Below are positions 12,713-22,853 of a DNA stretch of 64,000 nt, in pieces. The notes beneath the pieces are model-generated. The model worked only from the letters and a program-made list of their open reading frames with translations. It was not told the DNA's origin and did no database searches. Each line of letters begins with the position of its first letter. Within the stretch, counting starts at the first letter, position 1. Both the position numbers and the translations under genes were made by a program. Source of the stretch: Escherichia phage vB_EcoM_KAW3E185; sequence record MK373782.1; one strand, given 5' to 3'.

Positions 12713-13996
12713 ATGAGTAAAATCCAAAAATTATTGCGTGAATCTACAACGTCTACTAGCAACTCAATTGGTCGCCCAAATCTCGTTGCTTTGACTCGCG
12801 CTACGACTAAATTAATATATTCTGACATTGTAGCAACACAAAGAACTAATCAACCTGTTGCTGCTTTTTATGGTATCAAATATCTTAACCCAGATAACGA
12901 ATTCACATTTAAAACTGGTGCTACTTATGCTGGCGAAGTTGGATATGTAGACCGAGAAAAAATTACTGAACTCACAGAAGAATCAAAAGTCACACTAAAT
13001 AAAGGCGATTTTTTCAAATATAATAATATCGTCTATAAAGTGTTAGAAGATACACCATTTGCAGATATTCAAGAAAGTGATCTAGAATTAGCTCTTCAGA
13101 TTGCAGTCGTTCATTTAAAGGTACGGTTATTTTCAGATGCAGCGGTAACAAGCAAATTTGAAAGCTCTGATAGCGAAATTTCTGATGCAAGATTCCAGAT
13201 TAATAAATGGCAAACTTCAGTCAAATCTCGTAAACTTAAAACTGGCCTCACGGTTGAATTAGCGCAAGATTTGGAAGCGAATGGATTTGATGCCCCTAAC
13301 TTCTTAGAAGATTTGCTTGCTACTGAAATGGCTGATGAAATTAATAAAGATATTCTTCAGTCTTTAATTACTGTATCGAAACGTTATAAAGTTACTGGAA
13401 TTACTGACACCGGATTTATTGACTTGAGCTATGCATCCGCTCCAGAAGCAGGTCGTTCATTATATCGAATGGTGTGTGAAATGGTATCACACATTCAAAA
13501 AGAGACAACTTATACTGCAACGTTTTGTGTAGCCTCAGCTCGTGCAGCTGCTATTCTTGCTGCTTCTGGTTGGTTAAAACATAAGCCAGAAGATGACAAG
13601 TATCTTTCACAAAATGCTTATGGATTCTTGGCAAATGGATTACCTCTTTACTGCGATACCAACAGTCCGTTAGATTATGTTATTGTGGGTGTTGTAGAAA
13701 ATATCGGCGAAAAAGAAATTGTAGGGTCCATCTTTTATGCTCCATACACTGAAGGAGTAGATTTAGATGACCCGGAACATGTCGGTGCTTTTAAAGTTGT
13801 AGTTGATCCAGAAAGCTTGCAACCGTCTATCGGATTATTGGTTAGATATGCTTTATCAGCAAATCCTTACACAGTAGCAAAAGACGAAAAAGAAGCGAGA
13901 ATAATTGATGGCGGGGACATGGATAAAATGGCAGGACGTTCAGACTTGTCTGTTTTATTAGGTGTTAAGCTACCAAAAATTATCATTGATGAATAA
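12713..13996 (+). CDS. 24: Capsid vertex protein gp24
   Basis: 427 aa, same length as T4 gp24, late promoter upstream. Confidence 0.9.
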   Translation: MSKIQKLLRESTTSTSNSIGRPNLVALTRATTKLIYSDIVATQRTNQPVAAFYGIKYLNPDNEFTFKTGATYAGEVGYVDREKITELTEESKVTLNKGDFFKYNNIVYKVLEDTPFADIQESDLELALQIAVVHLKVRLFSDAAVTSKFESSDSEISDARFQINKWQTSVKSRKLKTGLTVELAQDLEANGFDAPNFLEDLLATEMADEINKDILQSLITVSKRYKVTGITDTGFIDLSYASAPEAGRSLYRMVCEMVSHIQKETTYTATFCVASARAAAILAASGWLKHKPEDDKYLSQNAYGFLANGLPLYCDTNSPLDYVIVGVVENIGEKEIVGSIFYAPYTEGVDLDDPEHVGAFKVVVDPESLQPSIGLLVRYALSANPYTVAKDEKEARIIDGGDMDKMAGRSDLSVLLGVKLPKIIIDE

Positions 13997-14002
13997 AACA
14001 AA

Positions 14003-14018
14003 GGGACCGTAAGGTCCC
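14003..14018. terminator. Bidirectional terminator hairpin gggacc-GUAA-ggtccc between gene 24 and rnlB
   Basis: Flanked by A-run and T-run. Confidence 0.65.
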
Positions 14019-14025
14019 TTTTTCA

Positions 14026-15024
14026 TTATGATACTAATTCAATCCATGCAGGACGCAGAACATCTTGCACCATTCGGACTAATTCTTTCTTAACAAGATT
14101 CGGATTATCAGATGATGTTAATACAATACCTTCGCGAGAAGTTTCTTCCAGAATATCTTGAACAGTCAATCCCATCACTTTACCAAAATCTTTTGGCGTT
14201 ACAGCACCAATCTTAGAAATAACATTATTAACACGATTTAATGTAACATAACAAGCTAGAACATCAAGCAAGTTTTTGTCAATTTCGGTTAATGGAACCT
14301 GAGTTTTAATAGGCTTATCAGACTTTTTCTTTTCACTGAATTTAGAGTTCTTGCACTTAATAGCTACACGAGTACCGTTTGGCAGCCATTTAGGGAAACA
14401 AGGCTTCAGAACATAACCTTCTGCCGTATTATCACCAATAACATTAGCATCAAATACACAATTATTTGCTTCGACAAGGTCTTCTGACGCAGTAGCATTA
14501 TAAGCGGCTAAGACGGAATCAAGGTCATTTGGAATCATGATAAGAGAATCAAATGTTCCACGACCAAGCATTGGTGCCATTTTAAAACCGAATTCATTAC
14601 AGAAATCTTGCATTTCGTAATCGGTCAAATACGTATTATCACCACTTTCTGTATTGATAAGGATATCGAACACATAAAAATCTTTTTCACCGTAGTCAAC
14701 ACCTTTCTGGATTCCACCACCAGCGAATTCACCGAATACTTGATATGATACGGCTCGAGCTGTGTACATGAATTCCTGAGCGGCTTTAATAGCTTTATCA
14801 TACTTCTTGAGTACGATTTCATAACCATAAAAATCTTCTGCTGGAAGAATAGGGCCTGTGCGCTTGGCGCATGTGACGTTGTCACGTTCAATTATTAACG
14901 AGAAGTTAGTCCCATGGATTTTCTCACGTGCTACCCAAACACCAGTAGTCAAACCATTAGTGTAGAGTTTTTCAATAAACTTAGAGTTGTAGTGGTTTTC
15001 AAGACTGCTGTATTTCTTAAACAT
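14026..15024 (-). CDS. rnlB: RNA ligase 2 (RnlB)
   Basis: 332 aa; nucleotidyltransferase motif I KIHGTN near N-terminus; position after gene 24. Confidence 0.85.
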   Translation of the reverse strand: MFKKYSSLENHYNSKFIEKLYTNGLTTGVWVAREKIHGTNFSLIIERDNVTCAKRTGPILPAEDFYGYEIVLKKYDKAIKAAQEFMYTARAVSYQVFGEFAGGGIQKGVDYGEKDFYVFDILINTESGDNTYLTDYEMQDFCNEFGFKMAPMLGRGTFDSLIMIPNDLDSVLAAYNATASEDLVEANNCVFDANVIGDNTAEGYVLKPCFPKWLPNGTRVAIKCKNSKFSEKKKSDKPIKTQVPLTEIDKNLLDVLACYVTLNRVNNVISKIGAVTPKDFGKVMGLTVQDILEETSREGIVLTSSDNPNLVKKELVRMVQDVLRPAWIELVS

Positions 15025-15061
15025 AAATCACCATTATAAATAATAATATCAAAATAATTAG

Positions 15062-15078
15062 CAGAGACTCTGTCTCTG
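15062..15078 (-). terminator. Stem-loop cagagac-tct-gtctctg downstream of 83-aa ORF
   Basis: 7-bp perfect stem. Confidence 0.4.
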
Positions 15079-15143
15079 ACCGGATGTTTAATTTGAATAG
15101 ATAGAACCTAGATTCATTATACCATCAAAAATTGTAAAGCATA

Positions 15144-15395
15144 TTAGAACTTGATTTCTATCCAATGACCATCACGCTGGTCGTGATTAATTTTGTACTG
15201 AAAGCCGTTATCACGAAGCCATTGACCGACTTGTTCAGTTATAGTTAAATCGTTCTTTGACGGGTAGTACGTGAATTGTGTCTGGCCTTTGTCAGCGGCT
15301 TTCTCTGCCATCACAGAGAAGTTAGTAATAAAATCACTCAACAAATTAGCTTTAGTGGCCAGTGCCCTTTCTCTTAATTCCTGTGCAAAACTCAT
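15144..15395 (-). CDS. Hypothetical protein (83 aa)
   Basis: ORF with SD, followed by terminator hairpin. Confidence 0.5.
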   Translation of the reverse strand: MSFAQELRERALATKANLLSDFITNFSVMAEKAADKGQTQFTYYPSKNDLTITEQVGQWLRDNGFQYKINHDQRDGHWIEIKF

Positions 15396-15592
15396 TTCTT
15401 CACCTTTTTGTTAATCAAACGTTTACGGTATACAACTTTTTCTTTTGCTTTAAACTTTGACCGAGCTGTCTCGGCTTTAGTCCATAGTAATCCAACTTCT
15501 TTAGGTTGTAAACCAATTTTTTGAGCAATTTCTACGAATGAAAATCCCGCCTCATGTAATGTATAAACTTCAACTTCAGCTCTCATAATCAA
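15392..15592 (-). CDS. Hypothetical small basic protein (66 aa), possible HTH
   Basis: ORF only; overlapping stop/start with downstream ORF. Confidence 0.45.
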   Translation of the reverse strand: MIMRAEVEVYTLHEAGFSFVEIAQKIGLQPKEVGLLWTKAETARSKFKAKEKVVYRKRLINKKVKK

Positions 15593-15667
15593 TCCCGTAT
15601 TATTTGGTTTGTGCCATTATATACATCAATCTCAAGTTGTGTTTTGTATGCTTTAAAAACGAAGAAA

Positions 15668-15681
15668 GGGGCCGAAGCCCC
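15668..15681 (-). terminator. UUCG-loop hairpin after hoc
   Basis: ggggc-cgaa-gcccc on plus strand. Confidence 0.5.
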
Positions 15682-15687
15682 TTACGA

Positions 15688-16818
15688 TTATGGATATGTA
15701 TAGATGATACCAGTTTCCAAAGCAGTTTTATGGATGATGTATCCATTACGTGATTCTTGAACATCAACTTCCGGATAGTCTTTCATCATCTTCTGAAGAG
15801 TGTAACGATGCAGGTAGTATTTACTATCTGGATCTTCAGTTTTCCAATCTTTACCTTCTTCAGTCATTTTTTGGATTTCATCCATAACCCACCATCCGCA
15901 CCAGATGTAAGCTGAAGTACGATGTGGAAGAGGATGAACATAAGGTAGTTCACCTTCTGGTTCTGGAGCAACTTTATCGGTTACCTGAACTTGACCTTCT
16001 GCTGTAATAGTTTTGCTATCGTAATCAGTTGCAGTAATAGTTGCAGTAACTTCAATAGTTTGACTTCCAATAGATGAGGTATCAACGGTATATACATTAG
16101 TTGACCCTTCTACAGGAGAAGAATCTTTCTTCCATGAATACGCAATTTGCGCTTCTTCTGGAGCATCCGTAACATTAGCCGTAAATATAGCTGAAGCATC
16201 TTGCTGAACGTTAATAGAAGGAGGAGTCAATGTAACCTGTGGATTCATTGTCTTCTTATTAACCGTTAATGATACTTCATTCGAAGTAACGCTTAGTGCA
16301 TCATAATCTGTCGCTGTTACTTGAGCTACACACTTGATTTTTTTAACTCCGCTTGTAGTTGGAGTATAGCTAAATGTAGAGTTAGTTTCTCCACCAACCT
16401 GTGAATCATCTACATACCACTGATACGTAGCAGACGCTCCAGCTGGTTGAGAAGCTAAGGCAGCAGTAAATTGAACTGGGGTTCCAATTACTCCAGCTGA
16501 AGGACTATTGGGAGTTACTGCCAACGTAGTTGACTGAGTTTTATTTTTAACCGTGATAGTCGTAGTAATTTCTGCTGTTTCAGCATCAGTATCAGGAATA
16601 GTATTTGTTGCAACAACTTTAATTGTTTTTGTTCCAGCAGGTCCTTTTAACACGTAATCAAAAGTTTCTGCCGATCCTACTTGAGGAGCATCGTCTACAC
16701 TCCATGCATAGGTAATAGTTCCACCTTCAGTTTGACCACTGGGTGCAGCAGTAAACTGCTTAGTCTCATCTATAACTCCAGTAGGTGTTTTAGGAGTTAT
16801 ATCAACTGTAAAAGCCAT
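15688..16818 (-). CDS. hoc: Highly immunogenic outer capsid protein Hoc (Ig-like repeats)
   Basis: 376 aa (T4 Hoc length), Thr/Ser/Val-rich repeated beta-strand pattern, position before inh. Confidence 0.8.
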   Translation of the reverse strand: MAFTVDITPKTPTGVIDETKQFTAAPSGQTEGGTITYAWSVDDAPQVGSAETFDYVLKGPAGTKTIKVVATNTIPDTDAETAEITTTITVKNKTQSTTLAVTPNSPSAGVIGTPVQFTAALASQPAGASATYQWYVDDSQVGGETNSTFSYTPTTSGVKKIKCVAQVTATDYDALSVTSNEVSLTVNKKTMNPQVTLTPPSINVQQDASAIFTANVTDAPEEAQIAYSWKKDSSPVEGSTNVYTVDTSSIGSQTIEVTATITATDYDSKTITAEGQVQVTDKVAPEPEGELPYVHPLPHRTSAYIWCGWWVMDEIQKMTEEGKDWKTEDPDSKYYLHRYTLQKMMKDYPEVDVQESRNGYIIHKTALETGIIYTYP

Positions 16819-16827
16819 AAGCTATCC

Positions 16828-17496
16828 TTATTTTAATGTTACGAAAGAAGAATTACGAGTTTCACGAATTAGAACTGATCCATCGCGATTAATATAATAA
16901 ATTAAGCTAAATAATGTTTGGTGAGCAGAAGCATGCACAAAACTAGTTGGGCGAGATTTCCAATCTGGGGTTTCGGCTATCCATTGATAAATCCACCAAG
17001 GAACAGTAACATATCCTGGGGCTTTGCCTAATTTAATTAGTGTAGGACTAAAATTTTCAGGCAGAACAAATTTTACTTCTTTATTTACCTCTGTCTCAGG
17101 CTCTTTTTCAGATTCAACAACCTGAGTAATTGCTTCTTCGAATTTATCATGGTCGAATTCTTTTTCTTGTTCGACAACTTCTAATACTTCAACTTGTTCT
17201 GTTGGAGAATCAAACAACAGAATAGCTTCTTCTTTAACTTCTTCGTTGGTGAAATTAACACCGTCCACATCATCTGCGGCAGTAATTAAATCGGTGATAG
17301 ATAATCCATCGGTTTCAGGTAATGGTTCATCAGCCAGTGCGTTAAGAGCTTCTTCGATATCAATAACAATATTATCGAATGATTTTGTTTTCTTAACACT
17401 AATGCCAAATTGTTTCGCATATTCGAACAGTTTAGCTTTGGCTTCCTTTTTATCAGAAAGAGCACGTAACTCTTCAATATAGTCTTTATCGATCAT
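16828..17496 (-). CDS. inh: Inh-like protein (inhibitor of prohead protease)
   Basis: 222 aa acidic protein in the hoc-inh position. Confidence 0.6.
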   Translation of the reverse strand: MIDKDYIEELRALSDKKEAKAKLFEYAKQFGISVKKTKSFDNIVIDIEEALNALADEPLPETDGLSITDLITAADDVDGVNFTNEEVKEEAILLFDSPTEQVEVLEVVEQEKEFDHDKFEEAITQVVESEKEPETEVNKEVKFVLPENFSPTLIKLGKAPGYVTVPWWIYQWIAETPDWKSRPTSFVHASAHQTLFSLIYYINRDGSVLIRETRNSSFVTLK

Positions 17497-17509
17497 GGTA
17501 TTTCCTCAT

Positions 17510-17517
17510 TATAAATA
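17510..17517 (+). promoter_or_regulatory. Late-promoter-like TATAAATA upstream of SegE-like gene
   Basis: Exact consensus ~29 nt upstream of chosen ATG. Confidence 0.4.
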
Positions 17518-17545
17518 TAACTATATTTATTACATGGAAAAGAGT

Positions 17546-18277
17546 ATGTATCACTTTGTTTATGAAACCGTAAATTTAATCAATGGTAAAAAGTACATTG
17601 GCAAACATTCTACAGAAAATTTAAATGATTCGTATCTAGGGTCAGGTGTTGCCTTAAATCGCGCTATCAAAAAATACGGAGAAGAATCATTTAAACGTTC
17701 AATAATTAAACAATTTGAAACTTCCGCTGAAGCTTTAGAATACGAAGCTCAGTTAGTAACAGATGATTTGGTCAAATCTAACGAGTATTATAATATGCGC
17801 CAAGGCGGTGAAGGTGGAAGGTATAAGTACACCGAAGCTGATAAGACTAAAATGTCTAATAGTGCTAAAGAACGAATAAAGAGGCTTGGTCATAATCTTT
17901 TAGGAAAACACAGATCGGAAGAAACAAAAAGAAAACTATCTGAAACAAATAAACGTCGATACTCTGAAGACCCAACATGCCACGGGCGGTATGGTACAGG
18001 AAAGCCAAAGATTGATAAAATTAAAGGTCCTAAAAATCCTACAACTCTAAATAAAATTTGTGTTAACAACGGTAAAGAAAACAGATTTATATCAGCCGAG
18101 GACCCGATGCCTGAAGGATTTGTAAAAGGAATGGTCCAACTTAATAGAAAATCTAGAAAGGGCTGTGAAGTAAAACCTACGACCACCGGCAGAATATGGG
18201 TGAATAACGGGGCTATAAATAAATTAGTAAATCCGTTATCCATCCCAGATGGATATGTTAAAGGCCGTTTAAGGTAA
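17546..18277 (+). CDS. Seg-type GIY-YIG homing endonuclease (SegE-like by position); start chosen at MYHFVY
   Basis: GIY-YIG motif (FVYETVNLINGKKYIGKH ... SYLGSG), paralogous to the 11680-12339 protein; NUMOD-like basic repeats. Confidence 0.75.
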   Translation: MYHFVYETVNLINGKKYIGKHSTENLNDSYLGSGVALNRAIKKYGEESFKRSIIKQFETSAEALEYEAQLVTDDLVKSNEYYNMRQGGEGGRYKYTEADKTKMSNSAKERIKRLGHNLLGKHRSEETKRKLSETNKRRYSEDPTCHGRYGTGKPKIDKIKGPKNPTTLNKICVNNGKENRFISAEDPMPEGFVKGMVQLNRKSRKGCEVKPTTTGRIWVNNGAINKLVNPLSIPDGYVKGRLR

Positions 18278-18282
18278 TTATT

Positions 18283-19797
18283 ATGACAGATATTAAAGTA
18301 CATTTTCACGATTTTAGCCATGTAAGAATTGAATGCGACGAAAGCGTGTTCTATGAATTACGCGACTTTTTTAGCTTTGAAGCCGATGGGTACAAATTCA
18401 ACCCGCGTTACAAATATGGGAACTGGGATGGTAGAATTAGACTTTTAGATTACAATCGTTTGTTACCATATGGACTTGTAGGTCAAATAAAAAAGTTCTG
18501 TAACAATATGAGTTATTCTGTATGGATTGACCCTAAAATCTTTGAGACTGAAGACCTTACCAGGGAAGATTTTGACGCATGGCTTTCTAAACAAGAAATT
18601 TATTCAGGCAACTCCAAAATCGAACCACATTGGTATCAAAAAGATGCAGTATATGAAGGACTAGTTAATCGTCGTCGAATTTTAAACCTTCCGACATCAG
18701 CAGGTAAATCACTAATCCAAGCACTTTTAGCTCGATATTATCTAGAGAACTATGAAGGTAAAATTCTCATTATCGTCCCTACAACAGCATTGACAACTCA
18801 GATGGCTAATGATTTTGTTGATTATCGCTTGTTTAGTCATTCGATGATTAAGAAAATTGGCGGTGGTGCTGATAAAGCAGACAAATCTAAAAACGACGCT
18901 CCAATTATTGTTGGCACATGGCAAACGGTAGTTAAGCAGCCTAAAGAATGGTTCTCTCAGTTCGGTATGATGATGAACGATGAATGCCACTTAGCAACAG
19001 GCAAAAGTATTTCTTCAATCATCTCAGGATTAAATAATTGCATGTTTAAATTCGGTTTATCCGGCTCATTAAGAGACGGAAAAGCCAATGTAATGCAGTA
19101 TGTAGGCATGTTCGGCGAAATCTTCCGTCCTGTTAGCACGTCTAAATTAATGGAAGACGGACAGGTAACTGAGCTTAAGATTAATAGTATTTTCCTTCGT
19201 TATCCAGACGAATTCGCCACCAAATTAAAAGGTAAAACATATCAAGAAGAAGTTAAAATTATTACCGGACTAAAACGTCGTACAAAGTGGATTGCTCAAC
19301 TTTCAGTAAAATTGGCTAAGAAAGACGAGAACGCCTTTGTAATGTTTAAACACGTTACACACGGTAAAGAAATATTTGAAGCTATTAAAGAGCTTGGATA
19401 CGAAAAAGTTTATTACGTATCAGGTGAAGTTGATACTGAAACACGTAACGCGCTTAAAGTCATGGCAGAAAATGGTAAAGGCATTATTATTGTTGCATCA
19501 TATGGAGTATTCTCTACTGGTATTTCAGTCAAGAATCTTCATCATGTTATTTTTGCCCATGGTGTTAAATCAAAAATTATCGTACTTCAAACCGTAGGTC
19601 GTGTGCTTCGTAAGCACGGTTCTAAAGCTGTTGCTACAGTTTGGGATCTCATAGATGACGCAGGTGTAAAACCTAAATCATTAAATACTAAAAAGAAGTA
19701 TACTCATCTTAATTACTTGTTAAAACACGGTATTGATCGTATCCAACGTTACGCTGATGAGAAATTTAACTATGTAATGAAAACAATTAATTTATAA
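18283..19797 (+). CDS. uvsW: UvsW DNA/RNA helicase
   Basis: 504 aa; helicase motif I LPTSAGKS and motif II DECH in translation. Confidence 0.9.
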   Translation: MTDIKVHFHDFSHVRIECDESVFYELRDFFSFEADGYKFNPRYKYGNWDGRIRLLDYNRLLPYGLVGQIKKFCNNMSYSVWIDPKIFETEDLTREDFDAWLSKQEIYSGNSKIEPHWYQKDAVYEGLVNRRRILNLPTSAGKSLIQALLARYYLENYEGKILIIVPTTALTTQMANDFVDYRLFSHSMIKKIGGGADKADKSKNDAPIIVGTWQTVVKQPKEWFSQFGMMMNDECHLATGKSISSIISGLNNCMFKFGLSGSLRDGKANVMQYVGMFGEIFRPVSTSKLMEDGQVTELKINSIFLRYPDEFATKLKGKTYQEEVKIITGLKRRTKWIAQLSVKLAKKDENAFVMFKHVTHGKEIFEAIKELGYEKVYYVSGEVDTETRNALKVMAENGKGIIIVASYGVFSTGISVKNLHHVIFAHGVKSKIIVLQTVGRVLRKHGSKAVATVWDLIDDAGVKPKSLNTKKKYTHLNYLLKHGIDRIQRYADEKFNYVMKTINL

Positions 19798-19809
19798 GGG
19801 CTTCGGCCC
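19798..19809 (+). terminator. UUCG-loop hairpin after uvsW (stability/processing hairpin)
   Basis: gggc-ttcg-gccc directly before SD of next gene. Confidence 0.4.
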
Positions 19810-19822
19810 TTAGGAGATAAAA

Positions 19823-20053
19823 ATGGTACTTGAATTTAAACAATTTTTATACGAAGCATCTATTGACGAATTCATGGGTAAAATTGCTAGTTGTCATACC
19901 TTAGAAGGGCTTGAAGAATTGGAAGCTTATTATAAGAAACGTATAAAAGAAACGGAATTAAAAGATACAGATGATATTTCTGTCAGGGATGCCTTAGCAG
20001 GTAAGCGTGCCGAACTTGAAGGCGATGATGAGGATGTGGAAGAAGACTTCTAA
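19823..20053 (+). CDS. UvsW.1-like small acidic protein
   Basis: 76 aa, SD aggag, position directly after uvsW. Confidence 0.7.
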   Translation: MVLEFKQFLYEASIDEFMGKIASCHTLEGLEELEAYYKKRIKETELKDTDDISVRDALAGKRAELEGDDEDVEEDF

Positions 20054-20311
20054 TTAAAAAAAGGCCCGACCTTTTTGGAAGGGCCAAAAACCATAGGCAA
20101 AAAAGGTAACACTATAGTAAAAGTTGGGTTTCGTTCAATTGCTCTTCTGAACTTTCTGAAACCGGCAATTGTTGGACATAATTATAACAAGGACCAGGAT
20201 GTGCTGGACCTTTGTCTGTTTCAACAACCAATGCAGAATCGATTGGAGTTTTACAGACAACACAAATCTTATCTGACATGATTGCCTCCTAAGTTGAAAT
20301 TACATATCTAT

Positions 20312-20536
20312 TTATACAACTCTCATATGCATATCAATGCCCATATCTTTAGAATAAAAATATTCATCAAGATATCCGGCAAATTTTCCTTTAATATAAA
20401 GGACGTCTTCACCACACGGGTGGTCTGCCAGGATACGAATATCCTGACGACGTAGACGATACTTTTCCATTAAGAATTTAATTTCAGTTTCAAATTCTTC
20501 GTCATTATTAAAGGCATCTTCAATTGAATAACGCAT
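20312..20536 (-). CDS. Hypothetical protein (74 aa) downstream of uvsY
   Basis: ORF with stop/start overlap with uvsY. Confidence 0.5.
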   Translation of the reverse strand: MRYSIEDAFNNDEEFETEIKFLMEKYRLRRQDIRILADHPCGEDVLYIKGKFAGYLDEYFYSKDMGIDMHMRVV

Positions 20537-20949
20537 TATTGCCCCGCTTCAAATTCTCGCATATCCTGGATATGTTTAAGTGCAAAACTACGAGACTTAA
20601 CTGCGTCAAGTGCACCACTACAGAACTCAAGTAAAATTCCCCAGTATTGTAAAGTAGTCTCTATTTTAAGCACATCTTTATCTGCAGCCAGGACAGTTTT
20701 CATTTCAGATTTCTCGTATCGGTCCATACTGAATTCATCACCGTCACCTCGTCCCGAGTAGTAGTCTAATCTTGCTTTTAGAGCAGTTTTCTTCTGAGTC
20801 TCTATACGCAACATTTCTTTACGAATAAATGAGTGCTTACGTAGCCATTTGCTGTATAACTTAACATTATTCGCCGTCTCATATTGCAACTTTGACATAT
20901 CAATAGCTAAGTCTGCGTCTAACTCTTCCTGTAAATCTTCCAGCTTCAT
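20536..20949 (-). CDS. uvsY: UvsY recombination mediator
   Basis: 137 aa (T4 UvsY length); MotA-type middle promoter upstream. Confidence 0.85.
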   Translation of the reverse strand: MKLEDLQEELDADLAIDMSKLQYETANNVKLYSKWLRKHSFIRKEMLRIETQKKTALKARLDYYSGRGDGDEFSMDRYEKSEMKTVLAADKDVLKIETTLQYWGILLEFCSGALDAVKSRSFALKHIQDMREFEAGQ

Positions 20950-21003
20950 AATATTCTCTCATTAACTAATAATCTCCCGGCTGTATCGGAAGGACCTAAA
21001 ACC

Positions 21004-21030
21004 ATTATACATAGGTCGCCTTGAAGCATT
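21004..21030 (-). promoter_or_regulatory. Middle (MotA-dependent) promoter of uvsY; candidate replication origin ori(uvsY)/oriF equivalent
   Basis: Minus strand aaTGCTTCA - 12 nt - TATAAT, ~48 nt upstream of uvsY ATG, overlapping gene 25 stop. Confidence 0.55.
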
Positions 21031-21427
21031 ACACTCTATTGCTTGACGCTAACTGAAGTTTAATTTGTTCAATATCGTCAGGGTTGTCTACGACTGAAAA
21101 TCTAATCTCTACTATAACCGTATAGTCATCATATACTGGCGTTACACTTACAGAAAGTTTGTCGATGCGTGGCTCATAGTTACGAACAGCTGCCTGGATA
21201 TTACGCTCAATCGTATCGGCTGTAAGTGGTGTCATGTTCTCGAAAAGTTCGTCGACCAAATCGCATCCAAATTCAGGGTCGAAGGGGCGTGAGCCTTTTC
21301 TAGTTGTCACTATGCCAAGAAGACTATTTTTAATAGAACGAAGTCCTACAGAACGAGCAACGTCCTTGTTCCAATCCATACGCATTTCTGGGTCGATATC
21401 TGAATAAAGTTTATTGATATTAGACAT
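21029..21427 (-). CDS. 25: Baseplate wedge protein gp25
   Basis: 132 aa, T4 gp25 length and position. Confidence 0.85.
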   Translation of the reverse strand: MSNINKLYSDIDPEMRMDWNKDVARSVGLRSIKNSLLGIVTTRKGSRPFDPEFGCDLVDELFENMTPLTADTIERNIQAAVRNYEPRIDKLSVSVTPVYDDYTVIVEIRFSVVDNPDDIEQIKLQLASSNRV

Positions 21428-22053
21428 TATAATAACTCAAAGAATTCTTTGAGGCCTCGTATTGTGTGAACGTGTGACGCCCCACATTTGGGACATTTAA
21501 TAGGGGTTGCCAGATAAATTGATGGCGACACCAAAAGATTTTTAATATTGATCATGTCATCTTCTGTTATAAGGCCGTAAAGGTCGTTTATTTCTGCTTC
21601 AGTTAAATCTTCAACAGGGATGGACTCTCCATTGACAAAAACGGCCTCAATACATGAAGCAATCATTAATGCGATATTTTTATCGTCAAATAATTTAGGT
21701 TGACGGAACTTAATTTTAATACCACTAAACGAATACCAGGGATCGGCCTGTTCATCTAATTGAGTGTGCAATAAATTCATATAGACTTGAAATGAATGCC
21801 CACAGGAACAATTCCAGGTGTGTTCTTGATTCACTTCACCTAACGAATGTGCCCACAGATTTACCAACAATAGCTCGGCTTCTTGTTTAGTCAAGTTTTT
21901 AGCGTTAGAGCAATTAGTGATAATATTGTTCACTGCTGATTCAATAGTACCGGTAGCCCGTGCACCTATGAGTCCTAAATATTCTTTTAAAGTAAAGGCT
22001 CTACAATTCACTTCTTTATCGCCTAAACGTACGGTAAACGTATATTTGTACAT
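21427..22053 (-). CDS. 26: Baseplate hub protein gp26
   Basis: 208 aa, position; late promoter upstream. Confidence 0.8.
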   Translation of the reverse strand: MYKYTFTVRLGDKEVNCRAFTLKEYLGLIGARATGTIESAVNNIITNCSNAKNLTKQEAELLLVNLWAHSLGEVNQEHTWNCSCGHSFQVYMNLLHTQLDEQADPWYSFSGIKIKFRQPKLFDDKNIALMIASCIEAVFVNGESIPVEDLTEAEINDLYGLITEDDMINIKNLLVSPSIYLATPIKCPKCGASHVHTIRGLKEFFELL

Positions 22054-22071
22054 GTTAACTCCTTTATTGTG

Positions 22072-22079
22072 TATTTATA
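22072..22079 (-). promoter_or_regulatory. Late promoter TATAAATA (gene 26), half of palindromic divergent pair
   Basis: Plus-strand TATTTATA; SD aaggag follows on minus strand. Confidence 0.55.
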
Positions 22080-22083
22080 AATA
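22076..22083 (+). promoter_or_regulatory. Late promoter TATAAATA (gene 51), half of palindromic divergent pair
   Basis: Exact consensus; overlaps the gene 26 box to form TATTTATAAATA. Confidence 0.55.
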
Positions 22084-22100
22084 ATAGAAAAGGAGTAATT

Positions 22101-22853
22101 ATGGCTAATATAATTCGTTGTAAATTACCGGATGGTGTTCATCGTTTCAAGCCGTTCACCGTGGCGGATTATAGAGACTTTTTACTAGTTAGAAATGATA
22201 TTGAACATCGTTCGCCACAAGAACAAAAAGAAATAATTGCCGATCTGATTGATGATTATTTTGGCGAGTACCCTAAAACATGGCAACCATTTATATTCCT
22301 GCAAGTTTTTGCAGGCTCTATAGGCAAAACAAAAGTTCCCGTTATTTTCACTTGCCCTAAATGCTCTAAAGAAAAAACTGCACCATTTGAGATATATCAA
22401 AAAGAACTAGTCGAACCTGAACTTGATGTTGCTGGTATAAAAATACGTTTTTCTTTCCCTGAAAAGTTTTATGACAACAAAGCATTAATGATAAGTGAAA
22501 ACATAAAAGAAATATATTATAATGATGAATGGTACCCATGGAATGATTTGACTGAAGAGAACCAAATCCAAGTAATAGAAGCAATAGACATTGACTCGCT
22601 CGAGAAGGTTATTGCTTCTATGAACCCTATTAATTTGACCCTTAGATTAGGTTGTTGTGAACGTCATGTTAAAACATATACTGATATCTTAGAGGTTTTT
22701 AAATTGTTAGTTAACCCTGATGAGATTTTTACATTCTATCAGATAAACCATTCACTAGTAAAGAGTCAATACACATTGGATTCTATTATGCAAATGATTC
22801 CTGTTGAACGTGGTATTGCTTTAACATTAGTAGAAAAGGACCATAAAAAATGA
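22101..22853 (+). CDS. 51: Baseplate hub assembly catalyst gp51
   Basis: 250 aa, divergent from 26, late promoter. Confidence 0.8.
   Translation: MANIIRCKLPDGVHRFKPFTVADYRDFLLVRNDIEHRSPQEQKEIIADLIDDYFGEYPKTWQPFIFLQVFAGSIGKTKVPVIFTCPKCSKEKTAPFEIYQKELVEPELDVAGIKIRFSFPEKFYDNKALMISENIKEIYYNDEWYPWNDLTEENQIQVIEAIDIDSLEKVIASMNPINLTLRLGCCERHVKTYTDILEVFKLLVNPDEIFTFYQINHSLVKSQYTLDSIMQMIPVERGIALTLVEKDHKK

Noticed and set aside
15035-15042. TATAAATA on the plus strand pointing antisense into the hoc region
   Set aside because: No plus-strand gene downstream; at ~35% GC an 8-mer like this is expected several times by chance.
20075-20281. Plus-strand 68-aa ORF in the uvsW.1/uvsY gap
   Set aside because: Starts inside a hairpin, no SD, opposed to convergent transcription; likely non-coding.
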